From Haliotis rufescens (taxonomy: Eukaryota), in NCBI RefSeq assembly GCF_023055435.1, contig NW_025963813.1, forward strand, positions 30,070,001 through 30,134,000: DNA of 64,000 nucleotides, written 5' to 3'. Below, in pieces: positions 11,780 to 24,229 of this stretch. Numbering within the stretch: the first letter of the stretch is position 1; every line of letters starts with the position of its first letter. The notes beneath the pieces were generated by a model. It was not told where the DNA came from and ran no database searches. It saw only the letters and a program-made list of their open reading frames with translations. The position numbers and the translations under genes are program-made.

Positions 11780-14700
11780 TAATTCTTCTTTTAATTGAGT
11801 AAAACCACTATTTAATGAATTATATTCAACAACAAAAAATTTCAGTAAAAAAACAGTTTATTTTAACAAATAAGAGTATAAGAATCAGTTGATAAGGTTT
11901 ACCTTTTTTCAAAAATAATTCACAAACAATTTATTACAACTGGTTAATGAATTTAATATTGTTACTATAATTGTTAAATATTATATATAATTTGTGAATC
12001 TCAAGGATTCTTTAAAAAATGCTCAAGGGTTCAATTGCAATGCATTTTCCCAGTTTACTTACCTGGTATATGAAAATACATTTATCTTCTTGTAAGAAAC
12101 ATCTTATGACAGACAGATTTTATTGTAGTAAATTCAAAAGAACGATAGTACATAAAGTCTTCAATACATAATCATTGTTGAAAGTTAAACACGTTTAAAT
12201 TCTTCCTGCATTTCTTATACATATTTCAGAAATTTAGCAAATACATGTTGTAATACATATCACAATTTCTTGGAGTAACTGGCCCTGTCTGTCATATCAA
12301 ATGCAGTGACACAGAATAAGATATTCATCCTCACTGGCCACTGGCCATAGATAACAATACTGTTTAGCACTGATAAACATACCTGTCAGGTGATAGTCTC
12401 AACAGACGGAGCAAGTACTTTCTACAATTAGTGACAGGCACCCCATAATGGACATCTTCCAGTTTCGCGATAATTAACACAATATGATGACTAGTACCCT
12501 ATTCCTAAAATAGATTAACAAAATCTTTTGTGGATCATTTTGACATTATCCTGAACTGTTTGCCTCCTTGTTGTGGGAACAATATTCTTATAAAAATATG
12601 AAAGGCATTCAACAGAGATACACAATACTGTTCAATGAAATACTTAACTGGAAAAAGTGTGTTACAAGCTTAGTCAGCTAAGGTCTTACATTTTATTGAT
12701 TTTATCCATATCATTGGCACCCAAATACGAAGATTTTGAACCCTGAAATGCAATGTTGCTGTAAGCAGAAGTAAAACATGAGAATATGGTTGAATGAAAA
12801 CACATTCAAATTATGACATGTTATCAATGTATCTATTGATAGAAATGACATTTCACACACTGTAACCTCACACATTAACCAATATTATATTATTGAAGAT
12901 AAATTTAAACTGAAAAGGAGTATGGTTGTGTCAAAATAGGTTTCAAATCTTTCTCTTCAAAGAATACATTACATTTTGAAAACATGGTAAACTCTCTGGC
13001 CTTAAAAAGTGATATGCATACATGGTATAGATATAAATTTTATTCATTCTGCAGTTTTTGAAGTTGAATTTCCATAATTTTCTTCTTAAGACTTAAACAA
13101 TCAGTTTCAAGTTTAAGTTTCTTGTAGAGTAGCTCATCATAGCTTTACCCCAACAGGAAAGTTTGTCGCGAGGACTTTGGCTCCTGGACTGTGCTCCATC
13201 CTGCTGGCCTCTTCATGGATCCCTGTGCTGAGGAGGCGGTGTCTGGCACTGATGGTTCCGGCTGTAAAGGCACAGACACTGTTGATGCAGTAGGGACAGC
13301 TGCTCCCATGGCCTGGAGTGTCTGCAAGTCAAGTGCTGCCATGTCACTGTATTCACTGTATATAAATGGACAGAAAATGTTTTAGTCATTGTTGTTTTTG
13401 AGTATCTATGTATCTGAATAGGGTAAAAATATGAGGTAATAATCAGTTTCAAACACATGGAGTATCAATAATTTTTAGTGATCCCTTCAAATACTTTTCA
13501 CCACAATCTTGCACTTTGCAGGATTTGTTTAGGAAGATAATCAAGATTGGTTATTCGCTGTTATTGATGTGTTATATAATTTAATATGGATGCTTTTATA
13601 GTAATGTGTATGACCACTTATACACAGGAGGTACTTTGCTAACATAATAGTTTTTCATAGCAAATCATTTAAGTAGAGTTATGCTATATGAATGATTATA
13701 CTCACTACAAGGGCAAGGGAATACATCAGTAGAATTACCTTGCATTAACTGTGTCAGAAAGGCTGACCACCTGTAGGAGGGATGTGTCCATGGCTGATGG
13801 GATTCCAGATATGGATACATTATCCTGCCCCAGAATATCCCACACTACCTCGGATGTGGCACTCAAAGTAGGGCATGGTGATGGACCACCACCTGTCGAA
13901 GTGAAAATTATTTTTACTTACATCAGAAAAATTGAGAAAGTTTTATTCTGAATCAATGTGTTAAATAATACTAAAGAAACAATTGAAGACAGCCTAAGAA
14001 TTGTATATACATATGTAAATTCAAACTTTTAAGAATTGATTATACACTGTATGGGACACCAAAATGTACTTAAAGACACCAAATACAAATATTTTTACTT
14101 GAAAGCTAGAATAAACAATAATTGTAACACATTAAGATTAAATGTATCTCAGATCTGGTGATTTATGCACTGTAAAACTACTATTACAGTTCAGTGTTGC
14201 AAAATGTGAACTACAATAATTACCTGTGCTGATAACACCTTGCTTGTACCTTGCAATTTCTCCCCTGGCTTTACTTTGGATGTTATGCCATTTCTTTTCC
14301 ACCTCCTCGGGGGCTCTGATGCATCCTATGATTTACATAAAAATATTCAATTCTCAACTGTGTAATGTAAATTTCAGAAATAAACGAATAGGTACTGGAT
14401 GTGACACTGTAATATAACTGATAACCTGTACAATAACATTTATTTTTTTCTTTCCCTGAAAATAAATTTTATGTTAAATAAAATATAGATCTTATACAAT
14501 ACAATCTAGTTCTATCCCAAACAATCCTTCCGATTTTATGTGCGTTGCTGCTGTGAAAATTTGCAAAATACTTAAATAAGTAATTAAAAATGAAGACATC
14601 TTAAAAACAGTATTTACAATGTTTCTGTTACGCCGTCCGAAAAAGTATCATGTCCGAAAATCCATGATCCGATTAGCAGTTTATAAACAATGTGCTCTTT

Positions 14701-15608
14701 GGGCCTAAATTATTTCGTATTATTTTATTTTATTCAGAAAGAATAACATTTTGATTAGAATTCATGTAAGATTCATATTTAGATAGGTAGCAGCTTAAAA
14801 ACAATGCACACTGTTCAATCATGTTTAATAAATTACTTTATGTCTTCATTGAAGATTAATGTCTTCATAAAAAAGTGAAGGCAAATATGGATTCTTTAGG
14901 GGAGGTGAAATAAAATATGCCTTCAAAAATGTTTATGACATTTCATAATAATAATCATAATCATAATAATAACAACAATAATAATAACGTTTGACAATTA
15001 TAATAACATATTGTATTGACCTTTGTATTTACTGAAAAACTTAACTGACTTAAATAAACAATATTTTCCACTTGACAGTTAGATCTGTTAAAATGTTCTC
15101 ATTACACCATACTATCTGCATGTTATTTCTTTATGGAAGATACATATATACATGTAAAAAATAGACAAAGTAACAATCTTTGGAAAGAAAATGTTGATTT
15201 ATTTCAGTTTACCATAAGCGAAAAAAGTAGAGGCATGTAGAAATTATTATATTAATTTTCTTATGAAGCTCAAACATGATATTAGAATAGACCAAACTGG
15301 AGTAGTTAAAAATTACCTAAAGAAAACAGATGTAGCATTCATACTGAGAATCATTACCAAAAGGTTGAACTACTTTGCATGTGATTAGTATATGATTAAT
15401 TTATGCAGTATGAAATATCTTTTTTTAATATCTGTATAGGCAGTAAACATCATACATATTCCAAAGTAGACACAATTTATGGATAACATTTGACATGTTC
15501 ACCAACTCATACAATATTAGTAAGACAAATTGAGTTATGTCTATTGCGTCACATTAATTTATTGTATCAAGAAGTACATCAACATTAAAAACCTTGTATT
15601 TATTGCAG

Positions 15609-16085
15609 GAGGGGGACCTGGTCCGAGCAAGTTAAGTGTGGTGTCTGAGGCAGTTTACGATGTTCTTGGACACACAAATGTGAGCATAAGTGGAATTGAA
15701 GGGAGCTTTGATTCAACCCTATTCCAGGTCATGGATATGTCAAACAGGTAAACATTTTTTTCTTTAGTGATAAAAAACTTATGATATTTATGTTCTGGTT
15801 TATGGCTCAAACATTTATGTAAAACATTTTCTTTTCAGTTGTCAGGAAGCAGCCATACTTGGCTTGGAATCTGAAGTTTGTGGCCCCTTGCCACATGGAG
15901 TTCAGGCCAGACCTCAAGCAACCTGTACTTCAGCCTCAGCTGGCCCCTGCTCCAGAAAAGAAGACTTAAATGACCAACAACTTCTAAGAAAAAAGACATT
16001 ACTAGAAATTGATGTACTGCAACTTCAGAAAGAAATGCTAACCCTAAAATTAGAGATGATGAGAAAAGATCAGTCTTATAATTGA
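15609..16085 (+). pseudogene. 3' exons (15609-15747, 15839-16085) of the E2 Myb/SANT partner gene; DNA-binding exons not found
   Basis: GGGPGPSKLSVVSEAVYDVLGHTNVSISGI aligns with E1 exon 3 (GGGPSPCPTLSATSEVVWDILGQDNVSISGI). Same intron phases; coiled-coil end LLEIDVLQLQKEMLTLKL. Confidence 0.8.
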
Positions 16086-18067
16086 ATAGTTATTTCACAT
16101 TCTATGCTTAATTAATTCAAGATATCAGTTGCCTTTACAGGAATTTAAATGATTAATTCACTGAAATTCACATAATCAAGTTTTGTTTAGCAATGTTCTG
16201 TAATTTCAGTTATTTCACAAAAGTCTATAATTATAGGTTAGAAAGTAATTTGGATGTTATTTCATAAGAAAACTGTCTTACATTGAAGTAATAACAGGAA
16301 TTTTGAGTAAAAGATTGACAACAATAATCTCAACAACAGTATTAACATTAACAATTGATTGTTTTGATATCTTTCATGTAAATATATTGAGTTAAAATAG
16401 TTTTCAATGATTGTACCAGTTAACCTAAATCAAACCTGTTGCATTATAATATGGGTAAGATTGCTATATATATATATATATATATATCAAAGGTATGTTT
16501 GTAAATAGTGATTTTATTGACATGCAATTTATTGATAAAGTATTTCATACTACTCTGAAATTGAACATAATAATTGGCAAAGATAAGTTTGAATGTAGCA
16601 CATGTATGTTGTCTTTTGTCATGAATAATTTTCCAGATACTACTACAAAGTGGTGAGATTCACTAGTGTACAGTCGCACATATGTAAAGAATTCACACAA
16701 TAATCATATGACATGCATTGTTCTCCAACATGTTTTAGCATTATCTTCCGGAGAATATTCTGAAGATTTTATGAAGATAAAGCTGAAAATTGTAGGAGAA
16801 CAATCTGTGTCGTGTGATTATTTTGTGAATTTCTTTACAAATATAAATATAACACATGTCAAAGCAAATACAATGCAAAGTTTTTGTTTTCCACTCAAAT
16901 GCAACTATCATCTTGTACATTTACTTGGTAATATTTTATTGTTAAATAACACAAATATCATCATCATTCCAGTTGTTGTTTTTATTTTACTTAAACCTCA
17001 CACACAAATGATTTTGGATCTTATTTCGAGGAATGTCCTGTATGATTTTAGTAGAAACAGAGAAAAAGGGAAATTACTCTAACCATCAAAATTTAAAGGG
17101 GATGTTGAGGACCGTGGCCATTTTAGGCTTGGCTAAAGATGTGGGAGTATTCGTCAAAGCTCCCAACTGGTAATCTGGTAGGTAAAATACTGTTTTGATC
17201 AATGGTATTTCATCATAATGATTGTTTAGGGCAATTTCATCTATTCATCAGTGTTCACAAGGGAAACATCATACCTGTTGTAGAGTGACATAGAGAGTTG
17301 AGGTCGCACATATGGTGTCAGGAGCCTGAAAAACGTGCGATGTTCATGAACTCTGCTAAACATGCCTCCTATAACATGCCTCCAACTCTAACCTGCTGAA
17401 GACAAGGAGACCTTGATGAGATTTATGTTCTTGAACTGTGAATTGAGAATAAACTTTTTAACAAGACATAAAACAATACTTTTTTCATGAAAACTTTGTA
17501 CCAAACACTTACATATCAGAAATATTTAATAATAATCAAATATCAGAAAATGGTTCATTATTATTAAACGTTTTATTCTTGTCACACATTTACAAGTCGT
17601 AAGTCAGTCTCCTTAGAGATACTGCAATGGTTACATCCATTCTGTCTGCTTGTTGTACAATAGATTACAAAAATGACAAATGGTACTTCTATTTACAAAG
17701 ATATTTTTTTCATGTGGCAAAATAGTAACAAGATTATGTTTACCATTTTTTTTTAAAATGTATGTAAAACATTGTTGTGATGGGAGGAAGATCAGATATT
17801 TTTTCTTTTTTTCTATAATTTGGTTTAAAAGTATGAAACATCATTGACAGAATTGTTTTCCCATAGATCAAGTTTGTTTTAAATGTTACAAAAGCAAAAT
17901 GAAGAATGATTAAGCTTGCATAATTTGGCATTAACAATTTTGACATGTTCATATCATATCAAGCTGACAAATAGCAAATGGTGATAAGGTGGTAGATTGG
18001 TAATGAATAATAAGAATTCAGAATAAAGAATTATATTAGTTACTAATAAATATATAAACTAAATATA

Positions 18068-18166
18068 TTATGCACACATACTTTGAAAGTGAATGTTAGC
18101 GAAGTTCTCCCTGAACAAACGACCATCTCCCATAGCCTGTGGCAAGTGGTTGGGAGGATTGTTATT

Positions 18167-18197
<31 letters not shown>

Positions 18198-19770
18198 CTG
18201 TTTCTGTCATCATCACCAGCACCACCTGGCAAAAGGATGTTCCTCTGTTTGCATATATTGTGTAAGATGGCACACACAATTACCACCTTGCAAACCTTCA
18301 CTGGGTTGAGTCTGACCTCGCTGTGTAGGACATGAAACCTTCTTTTCAGTTGTCCTATACCCCTTTCGACCACACACCTGGTGCGTTTGTGAGCTCTAGA
18401 AATTAAATTACATCATTTTTAGATTCAGATTATGTATTGGTCTTAACAAACATACATATACATCATTCAATATTAAATTACTTTAACTACAATACATTTA
18501 CATTTTTAAATAATTGTAAATATTTTAATGGGTTTTTTCATTCTGTTGTAAATATTTCATTTACAAAATTCCTACATTAGCTTGACTTCAATAAATAATT
18601 GAAACAATATTTTAAAATATGTTTTCATTATTTTCTAAATATTTCATAAATAATGATGTCAAGATCTAGATCTAAACGAGTTTTACAATAATTATTTACA
18701 GATTTACAGATTTTTCCACAATACAAAAATGCTATATTCAGTTTTAATATTTACATTTTCTGTTAGCATACTTTGCATGTCAGCATACATATAAATTTTA
18801 AAAAAATTACGTCCAAAAACACAATCTTAACATTTAATTATTTTCAAAACAATAATTCACGTATTGATATCAAGGGGAAGTCACTCTAATACCAAGTGCA
18901 CGAGTGACAAATTTGTAAACGACTAACTGCAACGAATTATTATAACCGTTAACGTGGAATCTTTTGATGTTATTGTTATAAGCAAAGACAGTAATTCGTC
19001 GGTGGGGTTAACAACTTCACGTACCTGTTGTATCTAGTTTGTGGACCGGGTTGGGGTCTAAGGTAAGGTGTTAACAGCCATCTTCGAGACGGATAGCCGC
19101 TGTCTCCGAGCAAATGGCAGCCTTGAGGGACGAAATGTTGTTCGAATGCGGTTCGGACACCGCTCTCATTTAAAATTCTTGCATCGTGCGTAGATCCTGG
19201 CCACTTGGCAACGATGTCAAGTATGTTGTAGTGAGCATCAAATACTATTTGCACATTAATGCTGTGGAAATGTTTCCTACAAACGTACTCCGGCTCATCG
19301 ACACTCGGGGCAATTATGCGGACATGGGTGCCGTCAATTACACCAAATACGCCAGGAAAGCCAGCAATTGCCATGAACGCTGCTTGATTACGTTGGATGT
19401 CTGTTCGTTGTACAGGTAATTTGACAAATTGTCGGACAATAGCCGGTGTTGACAATGCATCAATTGTTTCACTGACAATACGGCTTATGGATGGCTGACT
19501 TAACCCAAGATCATCGGCGTTACACAGTTGCATTTTCCCAGTTGCAAGATAACGCAGCATGACAGCTATTTTCATCTCCGGGGTGATAGCATTGTTTCTT
19601 TGTGTAGGGGAGGTAAGCCTATCCCTGATTAAATTTGTGACAAATAATATACCTGCACAGTCAAGACGAAACCGCTGGATAAGTTCCGTGTCTGAATACA
19701 CACTGAAAATGTTTTTCCTTGGCCTGAAAGTTCTCAGCTGATGCGGCTGGGGTGCCCCAGCTGCCGCCAT
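18068..19770 (-). CDS. Harbinger DDE transposase of E2, apparently intact; exons 19770-19025 and 18395-18068
   Basis: Open spliced frame with [21 protein letters not shown] and VVERGIG catalytic motifs. Same intron position as E1. Poly-Asp tail from a (GAT)n run. Confidence 0.9.
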
Positions 19771-22073
19771 ATTGGATACTTAAGAAAATTCTTAGGTAGC
19801 TAAAAGCCCTCTTGAGTACTCTTAACTTTAGGAGTACTCTTAGTGCTAAAAGTTTTTATGAATATGACTTAAGAAAATTCTTAGATTTAATAGTAACTTT
19901 TGGTTTTTCTAAGAATTTTCTCAGACTTAAGACCTCTTTAGCACTCTAAGAATGTTTATGAATACCGCCCCTGGCTTTTATACCCACGGTGCTAACCATA
20001 TTCATAGGTCACGGGTCATACAATCTTCTAAGCTTCTCATTGGTCAAATGATAATTCCTAACATAGCGTGCTCGGCGCCACCTATCGAACCGGAAACACG
20101 CTACGGCAGGAAGACATGCGGACCTCGCAACCGTCACAGGGAATTCCAATGGAATTTTACTGCCAAACGTGAGTAATAAATAGATTAACTGACTACAAGA
20201 TAACGACTTCCACCAGCCCTGCTGAAGCACTACAAAGCCCTATAATTTACAACCCGTACCGTACATAAAACTTAAACTTGCCGCCATACTACCCGATAAA
20301 TTACGATCTATTTTTAGCCCAACTACCACAGCACTAAGCGTCGGTCCATATCTTCTTCTTTTGCACATTTGTCACGGTGTTGCAAAACGCCGAAAATAAA
20401 ATGTGATGATTTTTCTCCACTTCTTGAATTAATATGTCCACTTCAATAGGCATCCAGTTTACTTTCCTGATGCGTTTATTTTGTCGGAGGTGAGTCCATG
20501 GCGCACAGATGACAGGTATCGTCTGCCCGTCAATGTAGGTCAAGGGAATTCCCTAATGACGTCACGGGAAAACACCCGACTCTTTCTATCTCCGACAGAA
20601 AAGAGCTCCCTGTCTTAGCCGCGACAGCTGTCGTAGCTGGGACACGGCTATGATAGGTTTAAGACAGCTTCAAGAATAGCTCTTATGGCAGTCGTAATTT
20701 TTATCGTAAGTAGCTAAGAAGAAAGAAAATGGCCGACAAGCATGAATTTGACAGTGAGGCAGGTAGGTACCTTTTAACAAATTTCACTGAATCTACTGAC
20801 ATTTCAACGATCATAACCTGCATACTGATACATAAGACATCAGAGAATGCGTAGATACAAGAATTTACATGACTTATCTTTCCATAAGATGGTTGTTTTC
20901 TTTTTTAAAATGCCATTCCATACCATGATTGTTTTTCATTTGTACCATGTTGTACGGCATGCCATCCAAAAGTTCATGACAGTTGTATGGCATGCTGTCC
21001 ACAGTAACTTTTGGATGGCATGCCGTCTTTATTGAGGAAAAGGAGCATTCATTACATTATGTTGATTAGAATTATTAACTTTGTCTTGTATCAAAACTGA
21101 GTTATTCCAAGTCATGCCAACTAAAGATGACAGGGCATGAACTGAAATAGTGAAAGTAAATAACAACACAGATCTGATTGAAAAAAAGCTACCAGCAGAA
21201 TTTTTTTCCTGGACTTGCAAGGACAAATCATTTGTTATTATCATGATTATTGGCAAAAGAGAGTATGAACATGAATGCTAACATCATCCTAGTAATTCAG
21301 GGATGTGAAATCTCCGCGGAAACGCGGAAAATCGCGTTTTTTAAAACAGTAGTCCTTGGAAAAAATCATCATCCGCGTAAAAATTCAATCAAAAATTAAA
21401 AAAAAACACTCCGAAAATATGATCGAAAACCGGACAATCATCGCGGATTGTCCTGTTTTCGATCAGAGCTTACACCAGCATTGGTTTTCGGACATCATAC
21501 GTTTTCTATCATGAATACTTGCACTATAACGTGGGGTGTGGCGTCACACAGAAATTGTAAATACTCAGAGTCAGCTGATGGCTTGCTTTTAAGATAAAGT
21601 TGTCTTTTAGCCTGTAAGTGAATGAGATGTTTTACAGTTGTTCATGTGATTAGCGAGAAAACTATGAATGTTTCTTCAGCGTCCAAAACCCCATAGCATG
21701 TTGTATTTCTGTACGGAATGCCGTCCAAATATGTGTATACACGGCTTACCGTCCAAAATGGAATATTGTATGGACGGCATGCCGTACAAAAACATAGAAT
21801 TAAATTCAACATGTTCAATGAACACTCCCTGAAAAAATTGTACGGCATGCTGTACACTTTTTAACTACACGGCATGCCGTCTTCAATTTTATCAACAATA
21901 AGACGGCATGCCTTACTAAGTGTAATGGACGGTTTGTTGTGCGTGTCCCTGACTGATATAACTGGAATACTGTTAAAAGCGGCGTTAAACCCAACTCACT
22001 CACTCATAAAAGCAGAAACTTTACTTGTAACAATGACACAAAGATACGGGGGGTCAGAATGAGATAATTAGAA

Positions 22074-22238
22074 GATAAATACTATGTGTGTGTCTTTTTC
22101 CGGGATTTTATCGAGTATTTGCATCTTGGAAATTCATCTCGAGACCCGAAAGCGTTAGCTTGAGGGGCTCGAATGAAAATTTCCAAGATGCAAATACTCG
22201 ATAAAATCCCGGAAATAGACACACACATAGTATGTATC
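22074..22238. repeat. Long fold-back palindrome (about 65-bp arms)
   Basis: ATACTATGTGTGTGTCT...CGGGATTTTATCGAGTATTTGCATCTTGGAAATT and its reverse complement around a short loop. Confidence 0.9.
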
Positions 22239-23920
22239 GATATTGTAAACCTATTGTTTTATTTAGAAAAAAACATGCGCACTTTTTAACACCTCGTACT
22301 TACTCGGTTGTGAGGGATCAACATCGAACGTTCTGTTGTTGCTATGGTGATTGTGATTTTGGTAATGATGGCGGACTACTTTCCTGAGTGTAAGTCATTC
22401 ATAAGTTGCTGGTGCTTCAGTCGAATGTTCACCGTATAATTAATAATAAAAATAAACAAACTCGAAATCGTCTGTGAGTTTGTTTGTTATTATTATCAGT
22501 TACATTATCTGTTGTTATGTCAACATAATCGTTTTTTTCAGAGTGTAAACCCCCTGGATGCCACAGCGACACATATGTCCCTCCTCTTCAACCCTCACTT
22601 CGAAATCGAATAAAATTCAAAATACATTTCGCAGATTAATACACTTCACAGTTTTGAATTCCCCTTTCTGTTTATCATTTACTGTCATTTTAGGCAATTC
22701 AAAATTACTGAAAGTGACTTCTGAAAATTAGGTACATTGTAAATCTCGCCAAATGACAATTCACGGCGTTACATAAATATATTTACTGTGTGTTTAGAAA
22801 TCTAAATATCGGATATTTACTCGAATAATTAAAGTAGAAAATTAGCGTATTAGCGATCACGGGTATCAAATCACTACTGATAATTCTGAAACGTCGCTGA
22901 TAAGCCTGGAATGTTTTGGAAAATACGTATACACGAACGCCGAAGTGTACGTTCCGCCATATTGGATTGTGTTTACAAAATGACGGTTATGAGACGCCTA
23001 TTCGATCAGGTATATTTCAATATTTAATGCTATGCATGCATCCCTGAATTCCTCATACATTTTCGAAACAATGGATAAATGGTCTTTGTCACCAATGCAA
23101 ATTATCTAGATGAAATCATGCGAAATAAGTTAGGTATGGAAATAAAAACTGTGCTCGGAAAACTGTACTTGCTGAAATGTAAACAAGGCAAAATTCAGAT
23201 TTTACACTGTGTAGCCTTTTTAGAGGTACTTTTGTCTAATTGTTGCATACATTGGCTCGATCACGCGTTTGAGAATATTCATGGGAAGAGTATCGTTGCA
23301 CTAATTATGGAAATACACATATATACATTACAATGATGTGGTAAATTCAACAGGAGCCGTTTACAAAAGTTTCCGTCCTGTGTGGCGCCATGACTGACGC
23401 TAAATCACGCACAACGATGACGGTAGTTATCTGCATTTCTGACTAATTCTCTTTCTTACATTGGAAAACATGGTAAACAATGACAGTACGCAGATTGTCA
23501 GAATGCTTCTGATTACTTACGTGACCCATTTATGTGTATACGATCCCTCAATCAACGAAAATCCTCCTCTGGAAATCCCGCGTACTGTTGTCAGTGAACA
23601 CACCATTTTGTGAAAGTCGGTCACCGGTAGTGATGTCATACGGAAGTAAACATTATTGTACATATTTGGTAATTTCTTTGAGGTGTAAACTTTCAACTTG
23701 GCACCCAGCGTGTTCTTTGTCTTTGTGTAGTTTGCATTTTCATCATCGCCTTGATAATCCAGATATGACGGAAACCTTTTTGTGTCGGGTCACATTATTT
23801 ATGAGTGGTAAGCAGCACATAGGATGACGTCACTTATGACAGTGGTGTCATGTATAATGCGCCACTGCAATCATGACAAATTCATCGGTTCGATGCTAAA
23901 AAGGTGCTATTTTGGGGCGT

Positions 23921-24079
23921 GGAAGAAACAGATTACTGCACTCGTGCCTGTCAGATACCACTGATCTTACAACTCGTTACAAATCGTATCTAACTCGCTT
24001 TCGCTCGTTAGATACGTTTTGAAACAACTCGTAAGATCAATGGTACCTGACAGACACTCACGTAGTAATCTCTATTTCC
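23921..24079. repeat. Second long imperfect palindrome with CTCGCTTTCGCTCG loop
   Basis: GATTAC...CTGTCAG...GATCTTAC...CGTATCTAAC mirrored by GTTAGATACG...GTAAGATC...CTGACAG...GTAATC. Confidence 0.85.
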
Positions 24080-24229
24080 TACACAGTGATTCAGTCGCTT
24101 GCTTCAGGGAATTCAAATCATATTTTCACCCTTTGACATTTGGTCATGTGACCCAAATTAGCCAATCACAACACAGAACACACTTTCTCTTGGTTTACAA
24201 TTAACATTGTCTAAAGTCATTGTAAAGTC

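Larger units (their letters stand above)
14700..19970 (-). mobile_element. PIF/Harbinger element E2, inverted, nested in the E1 Myb intron; Myb-side end deleted (left edge approximate)
   Basis: TIR read on the minus strand GGGCGGTATTCATAAACATTCTTAG ends at 19970, followed by CTG. Transposase and partial Myb gene lie inside; no second TIR found. Confidence 0.75.
13040..20499 (-). pseudogene. Harbinger Myb/SANT-like (trihelix) partner gene of E1; exons about 20499-20327, 14325-14224, 13892-13739, 13355-13040
   Basis: Spliced translation KRIRKVNWMPIEVDILIQEVEK...KKIW / RAPEEVEKKWHNIQ / GGGPSP / C-terminal coiled coil LKLETDCLSLKKKIMEIQL, with compatible GT-AG phases. Frameshift and stop in exon 1, stop at 13145-13147. 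Linking exon 1 across E2 is inference. Confidence 0.75.
9947..20721 (+). mobile_element. PIF/Harbinger element E1 (defective; right TIR apparently truncated)
   Basis: Left TIR GGGCGGTATTCACAAAGCTTCTTAG after a CAG target; CTTAAG-rich subterminal repeats; convergent transposase and Myb/SANT genes. Only the inner CTAAGAAG of the right TIR remains (20714-20721), so the right edge is inferred. Confidence 0.7.
9765..21955. mobile_element. Unclassified TIR DNA element (element X), 5-bp TSD ATATA, carrying two nested Harbinger elements
   Basis: TIR CAGTCAGGGAC...GTCCCTGACTG. ATATA at 9760-9764 and 21956-21960. Motif GACGGC(A/T)TGCCG occurs near the left end (about 9805) and in arrays at 20950-21030 and 21700-21930. 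Confidence 0.8.
9541..22003 (+). mobile_element. SINE family A split by a 12.2-kb insertion (5' part 9541-9764, 3' tail 21956-22003)
   Basis: Head and body stop at ...ACACGCCATAATATA and resume at ATATAACTGGAATACTG...CTCACTCA. TSD TCATAAAAGCAGA at 9527-9539 and 22004-22016. Confidence 0.9.

Noticed and set aside
18068-19770. Domesticated host HARBI1 gene
   Set aside because: It lies 200 bp from a TIR with subterminal repeats and a convergent Myb partner: transposon context.
9947-19970. Single Harbinger element with two transposases
   Set aside because: Flanks are CAG and CTG (not duplicated), both TIRs are transposase-side ends, and an E1-compatible Myb exon lies outside; nesting explains it better.
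21298-21600. hAT-like left end CAGGGATGTGAAATCTCCGCGG inside element X
   Set aside because: No matching right TIR or TSD found, so it cannot be delimited.
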